Shown here: positions 29,132 through 42,527 of the stretch, piece by piece
How positions within the stretch are numbered: position 1 is the first letter of the stretch
How the letters are laid out: every line of letters starts with the position of its first letter
NCBI RefSeq assembly: GCF_009914755.1
Contig: NC_060931.1
DNA length: 64,000 bases
Strand: one strand, 5' to 3'
DNA from: the human T2T-CHM13v2.0 reference genome, Homo sapiens
Position numbers and translations under genes: made by a program
Notes under the pieces: generated by a model
Database searches by the model: none
Told to the model about the DNA's origin: nothing
Seen by the model: only the letters and a program-made list of their open reading frames with translations

Positions 29132-29210
29132 ATATTATACTCAAGTCCATTGAGTATACTCAATATTCCATTGAGTATAATTATACTCAATTCTCCACTG
29201 AGTATAATAT
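29132..29210. repeat. Nested inverted-repeat/palindrome cluster of TATACTCA(A) / (T)TGAGTATA
   Basis: Six alternating-orientation copies. Perfect palindromes at 29149-29164 (16 bp) and 29170-29191 (22 bp). Outer 12-bp inverted repeat at 29132-29143 / 29199-29210. Confidence 0.95.
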
Positions 29211-29374
29211 CTTATAATAATCTAAACTTCCCCGTGCATTGAAAATAATGGAATAATTTTCAGTGTTCAAGAAATCTGAATACTTAGTAGGGGTCTCATT
29301 CCAGAAAACTCTGGGCAACTACGCAAGTAGAAACTATGGGTGTTCCATGTCGTAAAAATCAACTGACATTTTAA

Positions 29375-29712
29375 AATCTTCTTGCTTATTTACCTGTTGG
29401 CATCTGGCATCTTTCTGACTATTGATTTATCTCTCCTTCCTGTTGTATGGCTCTTGTAATAACACAGGCTTCCGAAGGTTTTTCTCTGACCTGTCTGGCT
29501 GCTGCTTTTTAGTCTGTTTTGCCTGTTCTTCAACCTCTACCCAATACATAAATGTTGATATGCCTCTATTTCCATAGCCCAGACAGCTTTTTCCTCTGGC
29601 AGATATTCAATTCAACGTCTCCATTTGAATTATTAATTTATCTTTTTTCTCCTTCAAAGCATGTTTCAATGAAACAGGCTACAATATCTGTGTCCTTGGG
29701 CAGTGTTCCCTG
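29375..29712 (+). mobile_element. L2 fragment (continues about 31194-31350 after Tigger3b)
   Basis: CATCTGGCATCTTTCTGACTATTGA...CTCTGACCTGTCTGGCTGCTGCTTTTTAGTC...CGTCTCCATTTGAAT. Confidence 0.65.
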
Positions 29713-29714
29713 TA

Positions 29715-31191
<1,477 letters not shown>

Positions 31192-31449
31192 TATTTGGTA
31201 ATGACACCAAAAGCCATTCCATGGCTGAAGCCACAAATAAGGAATCATTCTTTTCTCTTCTTTCTTTCTTATCTCATAATCAATCACCAATAACTATATA
31301 TTCTACCATTCAAATATTCTATCATTTGTCCCATTTCTTTCACTTCCTCTCTGTTCTTCCCTCATGCTAGGAGAAGCTTCTTTAGATAATAATTTAGAAT
31401 AATACTAAGAATATTGCCTCCATACCATCTTACAAACCGCGCATGCTTT

Positions 31450-33530
31450 TTATCTCTATTCACTCCAGTCACCAGTTACCACCAGATGTTGGAGCTCTGC
31501 AGTTTATATTATTATTCTAGTCTTATCTCTGTACCTCCTTTGATATCCACTAAGCAGGCCTAAGCACCCACAAATCTTTCCAACAACAACGTCTAGGTCA
31601 CCCTCTCTGTAATCAGAAAGCTCCCTTGTATCTTTAGCCTCCTCTTAGAATAGTTTTCTTTCATTCTTGCTTTAAGTGAAATCTAGACATTTACTAGGTT
31701 CAATTCTTCTTCTTTTTAATAAGTTGAGGTTGTTTCACTTCTTACCTACCACAGGATCTAGGTATATTTCTTAGAATTTCTTACTTGCCATTGTTAACTT
31801 ATAATCCATTACTTCCTTGAATTCATTTTTTTGAGATTCATGACTCTGGATAAAATACCTTATGCATTTCATTTCTGCTGTCATCTAACAACTGACTTTT
31901 CACCAAGTTTGTTCATGACAGACTCAAACTTGATTTTCATTTTAACTCAAGTCACTTTTCTTGATAACTTTAATATGTACAAATCTTATCCCCTGGCCTC
32001 TCAGCTCCCTGACATCCTGTCTTCCAGTGACCTTTACATTTATTCTATTGCTGCCTTTTCCTTTTGTGATAATATTCACAAGCCCTGTTATCAACAGACT
32101 AAAAAATGAGACCCAAAGTAATCCACTCTGAGGCAAAGAACTTTATTTCAAAAGCTCTTCTGTCAAATATTTCTATGGCCACAAATATCTGGCTTCACTA
32201 AGCTTCCCAATGCATTGACTTCATCACTTTTAAAATATCCATCAGCTTCTTAGATCTGCCTTGCTTCTATGGTCCATAAACAGTTTTCCTTTTTTTGCAA
32301 ATATTTTCAGTTAGTTGTCTGTTTCTCCCTCTGTTTTACTCACCTAGGAAAAAAACTAGCTCTGGGTGAACCCTACCACCTCTCTTTTCTGTGTCTAGTA
32401 TGAACTGCAAAGCTTGGAGGAAATTACCCAACTGAGCCAAAGGGTTCTCCTATACATTTTGATTACATATTTAAGCTTATTAACTTAATACATTTTTGAC
32501 TTATAGTCATCATGGCCCAGCGATCATATTATATGTCAAGTTGGCTGATTTCCTTACTATCTGAAATTGTTTCACACCACTTTCTTGGTTATCAAACATT
32601 TAATTATTCATCAGAAGCAGAAACTAGTTAGCTTCTCTCCAATTTCCTCTTTCTCCTGGTCTCACAAACTGACTACATTTTCCAGCGTCTTTTGCAGTTA
32701 GATGTAGCCATTTTCCTGAGTTCCATCCAGTGAAATATAGGCAAATGTTATATCCATCACTTTCAGAAATGACCCACAAAAATATCTTCTACACACAATC
32801 CTCTTTCTTTATCTGCTGACTGAATAAAGAAGATTCTGAAGAACTGAAAGACGGTAAAGTCACAGGCTGGAAAGAACTGGGTCATAAGTGACCATGAGGA
32901 AGATAACTTGACCATTAGGAATACTCGTTGAATTTTGTGTACACAATAAATACATTTTTGTTTCTTTAACCTTCTGGAAAAGTGGCACGTTAAACATTTT
33001 GTGAATTTTTTAATTTTAAAAATAACTGCTATTATTTATTCCAAGTAATCTAATATCCTCTCTTCCTACTGGATTCTCAGACAATGAAGTTGTTACTTAA
33101 TTCATCAAGAAAACTGAAACCACCAAAATTAGATTCTCTATATTTTCCATCCCTAAACTTGCAACCTGCTTATATTTGTGCCTGTTTTTCTCTTCTTCCT
33201 TTCTTTTGCAACAGAATAACTGGGCTCCTTATTTTCAAGGACAGTCACTGCTAGTGCTCTGGGTTCCATCCTTTATAACCTCTTTAGAAAACTGTTTTCC
33301 TTCACTTTGTTACCTCCATTATCACCTTCAGTATCAATGTTCTAGATACATAGGATCCTTCACATCAGAATAGAAACATTCTCTAGTTTCCTCTATTTTA
33401 ATAAAAACCCTATTTTAAGTCCACATGTCCTTTCCATTATGGCCTTTTCTCTGTCTTATTCATCACCAAACCTTTTCAAATAATTTTCTACATTTATCCT
33501 CTTTCTTACATTTACTCACCTTACTTCCAT
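31450..33530 (+). mobile_element. Long L2 ORF2 remnant including endonuclease region
   Basis: ORF 31831-32109 contains FLDNFNMY...PLASQLPDILSSSDL, like the L2 GDFN..LASQFLDLL motif. Downstream L2 motifs extend to about 33530. Confidence 0.6.
32610..33055 (+). mobile_element. MLT1J-like MaLR LTR
   Basis: GACTACATTTTCCAGCGTCTTTTGCAGTTAGATGTAGCCA...GTCACAGGCTGGAAAGAACTGGGTC. Confidence 0.75.
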
Positions 33531-33959
33531 GCATTGGTTGTATAATGTTTTGACAGTAGGATGGGGTGAGGGAACCAGAACATTGTAGAAAAACACAAAG
33601 AAGAAAATAATAATTTACATTTCTACCATTTGTAATTAATGATATTTAACATTGTGAGGTTTTTGCTTTTGTGTTTCATTATTATTTTTTATTTTTTACA
33701 AATCACTTTGTTTCTGCAAAAGTGATAAATGCTAATTATAACGTTTTCAGATTATGCACAGAAATTATAAAAATGAAAGTTTAAAAAAATCTGAATAACA
33801 CTCCTCAAAAATTACCTTCATGTACACAAAGCAAACATATATGTCATTCTGTACATAAACAAATGACTGATAAATTATTTTTTAAAATAAAATTATACTG
33901 TCTGAGTTCTTTTATATAAAATAGTTTTATTTTACTTGAATTTTGTTACCTTTAATTTG

Positions 33960-34990
33960 TGTGTCTATATTGTTATATACACTGTATATTTATTACTTAT
34001 TTCTTCTATAGAAATGATGACTTTTAACATTGTTCTGATTTGTTTTTCTATTTTATTTGGTTAATGTTTACCATCAATCACTTTGTGCTTACGTTGAGTT
34101 TTCTATTTGAGCTTTCTCTTAATTTGCTAAATTGCTTTGTCCAAATTTTTGTCGAGAAGGGTTTGTAGGTTGTATATTCTTTGATATTTTTCAAATCTGA
34201 TATGTCTATGGCCATTATACTATGACTGATACTTTGGCTGGGTGTAATCTTTTGGGTCACACACTATTCTAAGAACTCTGTAGAAATCACTTCATTGTAT
34301 TCTGGCTTTGAAGGTTGCTGAAGAGAACTTTGGCAGGTCACTGATTTTCTCCTATTATACGTGATTTGTTTTTTAATTTAAGATGCCCAAAAAAGCCTTT
34401 TAAGAAATAATACTTAAATATCTAACTTAGCTTATAGCTTGATATTGAGATTTCTATATCAAATTACCCTGGAGCAGTGTTTTCCTTCAAACTGCAGATT
34501 CAGTTATTTGTTTATCAGAGAAATTCTCTTGCATTAAATTTTACAATAATCTTCTATTCGATCTTTTGTTTTGCTTTGCTTTTTACTTTAAGAACACAAA
34601 TTGATACTTATGTTGGCTTATCTTGCTCTATCCTTTGTGTCCAATTTGTCTGTTTCTAATTTCTTTAATCTTTTTTGTGTATACTGTGATGATCTCAAAC
34701 GCTTCCACCATGTTAGCAATTTTATTTTTAGCTGAGTAATTTTTGTTTTTTGTGTTTTCTAATGTATTAATTCTATCACAACAATTTAATCTTCATTTTT
34801 CCCTTACATTTGCAATTATAGTCAAATTGTTTTTTCTTATATTGTTTTACCTTGGAGCTTCTATTTTATAGAAATCATATTTTTCCTAATTTGTTCTGCT
34901 ATGTGAAGCAATTCTAAAGAATTTCCTTCTGTATCTCAAGCTATGTTTCCTTATTGGATGTGCTCTTTTTCTTTCGTTTCCATACTTTCT
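33960..34990 (-). mobile_element. Old L1ME/L1M fragment
   Basis: TGATACTTTGGCTGGGTGTAATCTTTTGGGTCAC...TCATTGTATTCTGGC motif of the antisense L1 ORF1 region. Confidence 0.6.
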
Positions 34991-35290
34991 TTCTTAAATA
35001 GTTTTGCCTTAGTATGCTTGCTTAATTGTCATGCCAGTTCCTTGTATCTGTCTCATTTATACCCTGTTGTCTCTGCCTAAACACTCTATTTGTTTCGATA
35101 ATTGGGTTAGTAATTAGGCTCTCTTCCCACAGTATTGAGGCCAGCATTGTTTTATTTTCTCTAAGATACGTGGTGTAAAGTCTGGAGATATTGTCTTTAT
35201 CCAATTTTTGTGGGATAGAGAACAAAATGGGAGTGAAGGTGGTGGCAATGTCATTTGCAGCAGGATCTCTGCTTTTCCCTTTATGAATTT

Positions 35291-35321
35291 TGCGTGTGTG
35301 TGTGTGTGTGTGCGCGTGTAC
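35291..35321. repeat. (TG)n/(CG)n alternating purine-pyrimidine tract
   Basis: TGCG(TG)n TGCGCGTGTAC, directly visible. Confidence 0.9.
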
Positions 35322-35351
35322 CATACAAAAGTTTACTTTTCCTAGTTAGAG

Positions 35352-35524
35352 ACAATGGTGAATTGAGGTTTAGTGAGTTTATAAAAATGTAAGTGCCTTC
35401 ATTAAGGAAAATAATGCAAAATTCTGAATATAAAATTAGGTTTAAAGTCTTAGAAGAGACTCATGTCAGTACGGGAAGCCTGAAGCTTAAGCTTCCTCAG
35501 CCTTCGGTAAATCTTCCGTAACTG
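35352..35524 (+). mobile_element. MER53-like hAT MITE
   Basis: TTAAGGAAAATAATGCAAAATT...AAAATTAGG...CTGAAGCTTAAGCTTC...CGGTAAATC. Confidence 0.65.
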
Positions 35525-35929
35525 GGTCCACTCTGTACCCATGTGACTTTAGATTACTTTTCTTACGGAATGTGTAGTCCAGAAGTCTTTTCTTCTGAAG
35601 AGGTCATCCTCTGTTTCTACTTTACAGCAATCTTTCCAGATGTTGTTTCTTTTGCTTCATGGTGAGAAGAAGAGAAAATGAATGTACTACCTTTGGTTGT
35701 TTCATTTAAGACTTTGAGATATTGCTCAAAGTCTTGTGATTTTGGGACCTGGGGGATAGGATCTATTCCATGCTCTCTTTTCTCACTCTCTATAAAATCT
35801 CAGACTTCTTTTCCACCTTTACTGATTTAGGTTGTTATTACCACTTGTTTGGCCACTATTTTTAAATTTTATCCTAGGTTTTATTGTATTTGAGGAAAGA
35901 AGACGTACATTTTGTGAAGAATTTCTTAG

Positions 35930-36430
35930 AGAAGCCCAGCACCTTCTCTGCTCCTTTCAAAGGTGCAGTGACCTCTTTCTTTGAAACTGTCTTCCTAGAT
36001 ATCTCAACACAGTTTACCACAATTGTTCATTGGCTTTCTTTTGAAAGATGACCCCCCTGCCCCTCGAGCTTCCCTGAAACAGCCTTCTCCTACTTCATTG
36101 GCAGAAATTTTTGCTGTCTCTTGGTTAGAGTTTTCTTTCTTAATTCTGAAGAAAAGTTTTCTTCACAGTTCAACCTTAAGCCATCTTCTTTTTCTCCACA
36201 CTTATTCATTGGCTAAATACCGATTGCAAGCTAAAGATTCCCAAACTCATGTTTACAGCAGACTGCTCCTTTGAGCTCCAGGAATGAATACCTATCTCAA
36301 CTTAGATACTTCACAACCAGCTGAAACTTACCTGAACACAGTAGGATTTTACTTTCCCCTCTTAAACTCTACCTTGGATTCCACATGAATTCTTCACTTT
36401 AGTAAATATGAATAATACATTATATTTGTG
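35930..36430 (+). mobile_element. L2 fragment
   Basis: GATTCCCAAACTCATG...TGAGCTCCAG...CTCAACTTAGATACTTCACA. Confidence 0.55.
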
Positions 36431-36516
36431 CTCATGTATTTACTGTTGACAAATAAAGCATATGTATGAAAGGTATGTATATATAGTATACATGTACAAT
36501 GTAATGGTTATTAATA

Positions 36517-36875
36517 CAGGTTGAGTATCCCTTATTCGAAATGCTTGGAACAAGAAGTGTTTTGGATTTTGAACTTTTTCAGACTTTAGAATATTCTCAT
36601 ATACATAATGAGATATCTTGAGGATGAAACCAAGTCTAAACACAAATTTATTTATGTTTTATATACACTTTACACACATAGCCTGAAGGTAATTTTATAT
36701 AACATTTTTAATGATTTTGTGCATGAAATAAAATTTTGACTGCCTTTTGGCTGAGACCCATCACATGAGGTCAGGTGTGAAATTTTCCACTTATGGTGCC
36801 ATGTTGGTGCTCAAAAAGTGTCAGATTTTGGAGCATTTTGGATTTTAGATTTCCAGATTAGGGATGCTCAACCTG
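36517..36875. mobile_element. Tigger4b (Zombi) MITE
   Basis: TIRs CAGGTTGAGTATCCCT / AGGGATGCTCAACCTG, TA at the left flank, 359 bp. Confidence 0.92.
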
Positions 36876-38395
36876 TGCTTCCTACTGAGCTTAAGAAATA
36901 GGCCCAATATTAGTGGCCTTTGAGATCCCCTGTGTGCTCCCCTGAGATGTGTCCCTTTCCCAACTCCCTCCTTGAATCACAATCTTGACTTCTCTTGATT
37001 TTCCTTATAGTTTTTCCATATATATGTAGATATCTATATAGCTGCGTGTGTGTATCTGTAGGCAGGTAGCTAAATATAACTTTATATGACTCTCCCCATA
37101 TATATGTAGACATATAGATATAGATAGAACATATATAGAAATACATATATTTCTAATTTCAGAAAAATTAATCAATAAAAATATAGTGAGTCCTGAAACT
37201 GACATTGATATGAAAATATGACATATAACAGAGGTGGTACTAGACATCGTTGGGGCAAAACTATTGCGTAAATAGCACTGGGATAATTAATTCTGTGTAT
37301 GGAACAAAATTAAATTGTATGTCTATATCACACCATTCATACAAAAACACCCTTTAAACAAAAACAAATAAACAACAAGGCTTTGAAAATAAAGGTGGCA
37401 CACATCAGAACAGGAAGACTTGCTATCCTCTTATACATGGTAGCCACTCGCTTCACTGTTCAGTCATCATCAAAAGAAATCATAAAAATAAAGAGCAGAC
37501 AAATTTATGAGGAGAGAAATATGGTTACAAAAAAAAGGGACAGTTGTAAATCAAAATAGAAGCAACATTGTAAACCAAACAACTGGTTTAAGTGAGAAAG
37601 AGAAAATTAAAATTAAAACAAGAGGCTAAAATATGGAAAATTATAAGGCTAAAGATTTAATATTTTAGAATGAAGTAATACTTAAGAAAAAAAGCAAAAG
37701 TTAGGGAGATTTTTTAAAAAGTGATAACGTTACAATAAATCTAATACCGAAAAGATAAAGACTTAACAAACATTTTAAAGAAATGAAATTAAGGGTTGAC
37801 AGAAGAGAAGGAAAAAAAAGAAAAAAAAGCAAAAAACATTAGAAAGAGACAAGGTGCATCAGACGAAGGTTGCTGAGGGCTGTCCAACTTCCTTGGGTAT
37901 ATTGTCTTCTAAGAACTTCATTGTCTTTGCTTTCTTCTCAGAGATCTGAGGGGCAGAGAATCACAGACTGCCATTTCTTTATTGTATTATATAATTTATT
38001 CTATACAAGTTGACAGAAATCTTTTTTATTTCTGATATACACCATAATGTTGCCATTTTACTCTTTTTTTTTTTTGTGATCACAAGAGAAAACACTTCAG
38101 TTTGTCCATTTCAAATCTCTGAAGTTGTAAGGTTGTTTTCATGTACAGATAAAACCCACGCCATACTCAGACAGAAAGCCTTTTACAGTGTACTAAGAAT
38201 AATTTATGTATTTAATGAACAAGTTTTTGCTCCCTAAACCTTGGGAGCAAGAAGTACCATATTATTATTATTTGAAAACGAGTTTTACTCTGATTTCCAA
38301 TAATGAGAATCTTTGAGGCTTACAAGGTTCTTGAAACTCAGGTGAAGATTTGGTCCTTAAGCTGTGGTAAATTCCATTGTTGTTTTTTCTCCTTC

Positions 38396-38966
38396 TGTTA
38401 CTGGTGAAGGAGGGCCTTGACGATGAGTCCTCCAGGTTCTTGGCATTTTGAACAAAGAATTGGACAAAATGCACTAACAAAGCAATAAAAGAATGAATCA
38501 ACAAAAGCATAGATTTATTAAAACAAAAGTACACTCTATAGAGTGGGAGCCAGCTTCAGCAAGTGGCTTACCAGCCCTGGCTATAGAATTTTCTGGGGTT
38601 TAAATACCCTCTAGAGGTTTCCCATTGGTTCCTTGGTTACATTCTATGTAAATGAAGACCTGGCACGTGGCCAGTCTGATTGGTTGTGGGAGGCAACCAA
38701 TCAGAGGCTGAAGTGAAATTACAAAGGTACCACCCCTATAGAGTTGGCTCGTGACCAATCTGATTGGTTGCAGGAGGGTACCAATCAGAGGTACTTTCCA
38801 TTTTTCATCTGTGATGCATAAAGGTGAGGGGTTGCAAAAGAAGTGGCCTCTGATCCTTTTGTTACTTAGGCATGGAGAGGTGGGGTTTTCCATTTGATCC
38901 AGTTCTAGGAAGTCAGCTTGAACTGGCCTTAGGTTCCCTGCCTCCAGATCCTATTCTCCTGCTGCA
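38396..38966 (-). mobile_element. ERV1 solo LTR, MER51-like (MER4 group)
   Basis: Minus strand starts TGCAGCAGGAGAATAGGATCTGGAGGCAGGGAACCTAAGGCC and ends GTAACA; 4-bp TSD CTTC at 38392-38395 and 38967-38970. Confidence 0.88.
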
Positions 38967-41460
38967 CTTCCGCTGCACAACCAATGACAACCTCCTCCTA
39001 TTGAATGTCACTCAGAGCAGACTTAGCCACAGAGAAACTTGCTCTTGCTCTCACGTGCTGTGTTTCAGAGCCAGGCTTGACAGGTGTCCTTTTTCCACTT
39101 CGCCTCAGGCCTGCTGAAGACAAAGAGTGGCTGTATATGTCACCATTCAGTATGTCATTACTGAAGAGCTACACTGATTTCCTCAAAAACCCCTTCTCTG
39201 AAAGAAAAATTTTAGGTTGATTTTGACCCTATACCTTCTATGATACTTCTTGAATTGCAGTCTAAAATAGCACCTCCATTCTCCAATCCACTTGCAATGA
39301 TACAAAACTTCACAAGGTAACTGTTTCCTGTCCAGTTCCCTGTGGGCTACAGAGATTCTAGCGAACTTCCATACTCAGCCAAATCGTGAAAAGATTTTAT
39401 TTAGAAACTCACACTCAAAAAGGAAAGCTTTCCTTTTATCGGCTGGCTTTGTTTGGCAGTGTCGTCTTGTAGCAACTGACTCAGCTCTTACCTAGTCTGA
39501 CAAAACTCAGATGGGGCTTCGCTTCTATTGTCTCTCTTAAACATCTTAGCTCTTTCATTGTTTCATGTTAGAAAAGATTGAGGGGGGAAAAAGGCAATGA
39601 GATTTACCCTCTGGGGTTTTGGGAACAATCTAAAACTTTGAAATTTTCATTTTTGTTCTAGAACAATTTTCTGGCTGATAAAATTTTCATTTAATTCAGG
39701 TATTTTCTTCTTCCACAAAATGTTGCAGTATCTAAAACCCACCTTCTGGGAAATACTGGTCTGGTTTAGCCCTCTGCTAAAAAAGGTTACTATTGTTTTA
39801 TTTAGAAATACTTAAATGAATCCTTTCAATTTCCAGAATTCTCTTAACATCCAGAGCCTTATACAGGAAGATGAGCCTAAAAATCAATAATCAGTTGGTA
39901 ATTTATTTTCCATAAGTCACAAAGTCAATTACATTAAGTTCTTACATTAAAATGTACTTTTCTAAAATAAAAAGTTATTGCTTTTATGTTCACAGGGCAT
40001 TACTATTTTTGTAAATAACAGAATAAACACTGAGAATCATATTACTTTTTAATAATTGGGATTGGAGTTTTTTTCTGAAAAAAATCACTTAAAAATTCTT
40101 CAAATACAAGTTGGAGTAAGAATATGTACTTCATAACTAAACTACAGAAAAATTCCTCAGCTGCCTGGATGTACACTAAACACAGCCATCCTTGGATAGC
40201 ACTTTTCTGTTACTTTCTTATTCTATTAGTGCTATTTTTGAAGTTTCTGACCTTCACTGCCAGTGAAAGTTCTTTTGATGCCAGTCTTTGATCCATGTGC
40301 ATTGTAATTCAGATGGAAAGTATAGCATAAATCTAGCTTGAGAGTAGCAAAGATATTTAAATATTTGAAAAAGTTTGCTGGTCTTGGCTAAACATTTAAG
40401 CTTTCAAAAAATAATTTACTGGAAGTTAAATGTGAAATATAGTAATAGTACACGTTGTAGTTATGCAGGGCTGAATATATTTTATACTTCTTCAATAGGC
40501 TATTTTACATATATGATATACATGAAAATCTGAAATATTTTTTCTTTGCTTTCTATGTTTTGTTATATGCAGAGAATGACTCTTTTACTCCTTGCCTGTG
40601 CTCACTATACAACTTTGCCTCTTATTTTAAACAAGCCATGGGGTGACATCATCTCTTAGCACAGACAACAATTTATCCTTTTGATGTAGAGAGATTCAAA
40701 AAGTTAGCCACACTAAATATGGTTTTGGTTTTTCTTATATAACAAATGCCACAACCTATATTGACAGCAGAGTCACATCTCTGTACTGCAGACATAAAAT
40801 GAGAGAATGGGAACTTGCTGTGCTAAACTGCTGAGATCACCATCATACATTATTAATTAAAATAAATAAGAAATAAAAGAAAAAATGACTTTTGCTGTTG
40901 CTATTTGAAAGGTCTGTAGTGCATTATCTAGTCATCAATTCAGTTTCTTTCACCACATCATGCACCGTGTTTATACTATGTGGGTGCCAAAATTCTCTCT
41001 ATGACCTTGTCACTTTAAGTTTTCATAAATTCTCCCCCTCACCCGAGTATCTATCTCATATTCACAAGAAACTCACTTCCCTGAATCTTACATTTACAAT
41101 CACAGAGCCTAGGAATGAAAGCCAAGCTGCTGTCATCAATAGGTTATTTCAAAATAACTAAAAATAATATGAGCAAATCTGTCACTTGGAAAACTTAAAC
41201 TGGGTCCCACATGTGGTTTGGTGACCTTGGAAGAAACAGTTAGGCTATATCTACTAGATTCCAAAACAGAGAGCTGAGGTGATCAATTGAGTAACCGATT
41301 TTAGAAGAAGGAGGAGGAGGAAGATAAAGAGAAAAATGAGAAAGAAAAATGGAAGGAAAATCAATTTTCTGAAAATATCAAATATTTTTAAAAGAATTTC
41401 TTAGACATAAGACTAAAAGAATTATCACTCAATTTAAAAAATGGGGAAATCAATCTACCA

Positions 41461-42020
41461 TGTACTCTTGATAATTTGAAAATATTTCTGCAAACTCACT
41501 ACTATTCCTTCCTTTAAAAAAGGAAGCGTAATTTCTCTACTCTTGAATGTGGGCTGGACTTGTGACCCACTTTTAACAGCTAGAATATGCTGGAAATCTT
41601 GCTATGTGATTATAAAAGGCATAATAGGTTATAAAAAGGATAGCTTTTGCTTGGCTCTAGTTCTATTGTATCACTTTTGAAGGAGACCAGTTGCCATACT
41701 GTGAGGACACTCAACTTCCTTGAAAAGGGTTTATATGGAGAAGAAGCAAGGCCTTACAACAGCCAGTGTCGATTTACCAGTCATAAAAGTGAGCCAACAT
41801 GGAACTGGATACTTCTTCCTTAGTCAGGTATTCACTTGACTGCAGGCTTAACCCACATCTGGCTGTAACATCACAGGAAATCCAAAGCCAGAACTGCTCA
41901 TCCAAACTACTCCTGAATTTACGACCCATGGAAACTGAGAAATAACAAATGCGTAAAGCTGTTTTTAGATATTAAAGCTGTGGGGTAATAGCAATAGCTA
42001 CATAGCAATGGATAATTAAT
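41461..42020 (+). mobile_element. MLT1F-like MaLR LTR
   Basis: CTTGAATGTGGGCTGGACTTGTGAC...GTGAGGACACTCAA...CCCATGGAAACTGAGAAATAACAAATG...AGCAATGGATAATTAATA. Confidence 0.85.
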
Positions 42021-42527
42021 ATTTAGTCACAATATTAATATTTACTATCTACTCTTTGAATTACAGATGAAGAGAAATGTCTATTATTTTATACATCATC
42101 TACGACCAACTTGGTTCTTATATTTCTCCACTTCAATTGCAAAACTAAAAAATGTTTAATGGAAACAAACATAAAGGTTAGTATTAAAGATGAGTTTTTA
42201 GCTATGATGCTGTAAGCACTCTCAAGAACAGCACTTATTTCAGAACTGACACTTTTGATGGATAGAGGATAAAATCTTACAACCAAAGTTTTTCCAGAAA
42301 TGGTTGACATTGTTTTTTCATTTTATTTAATGTTATACCACCTTTTCTGTATACTATGCATTTTTCCTTTCATTATTCTTTTCTATGGTCTATATTAATT
42401 ATATATTAATAAGAAATCAGTTATAATGCTGACCAGTAAATTTCTCAGTAATGGTTGAAAGATAGGAAAATGCTGTTCTTTTGGAATGGGGGAATATATA
42501 TATTTTCTATCCTTTTTGTTTGGTATA

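Noticed and set aside
29132-29210. CRISPR-like array or pre-miRNA
   Set aside because: Eukaryotic context, no unique spacers of CRISPR size, and the stems are too short and AT-rich for a typical pre-miRNA.
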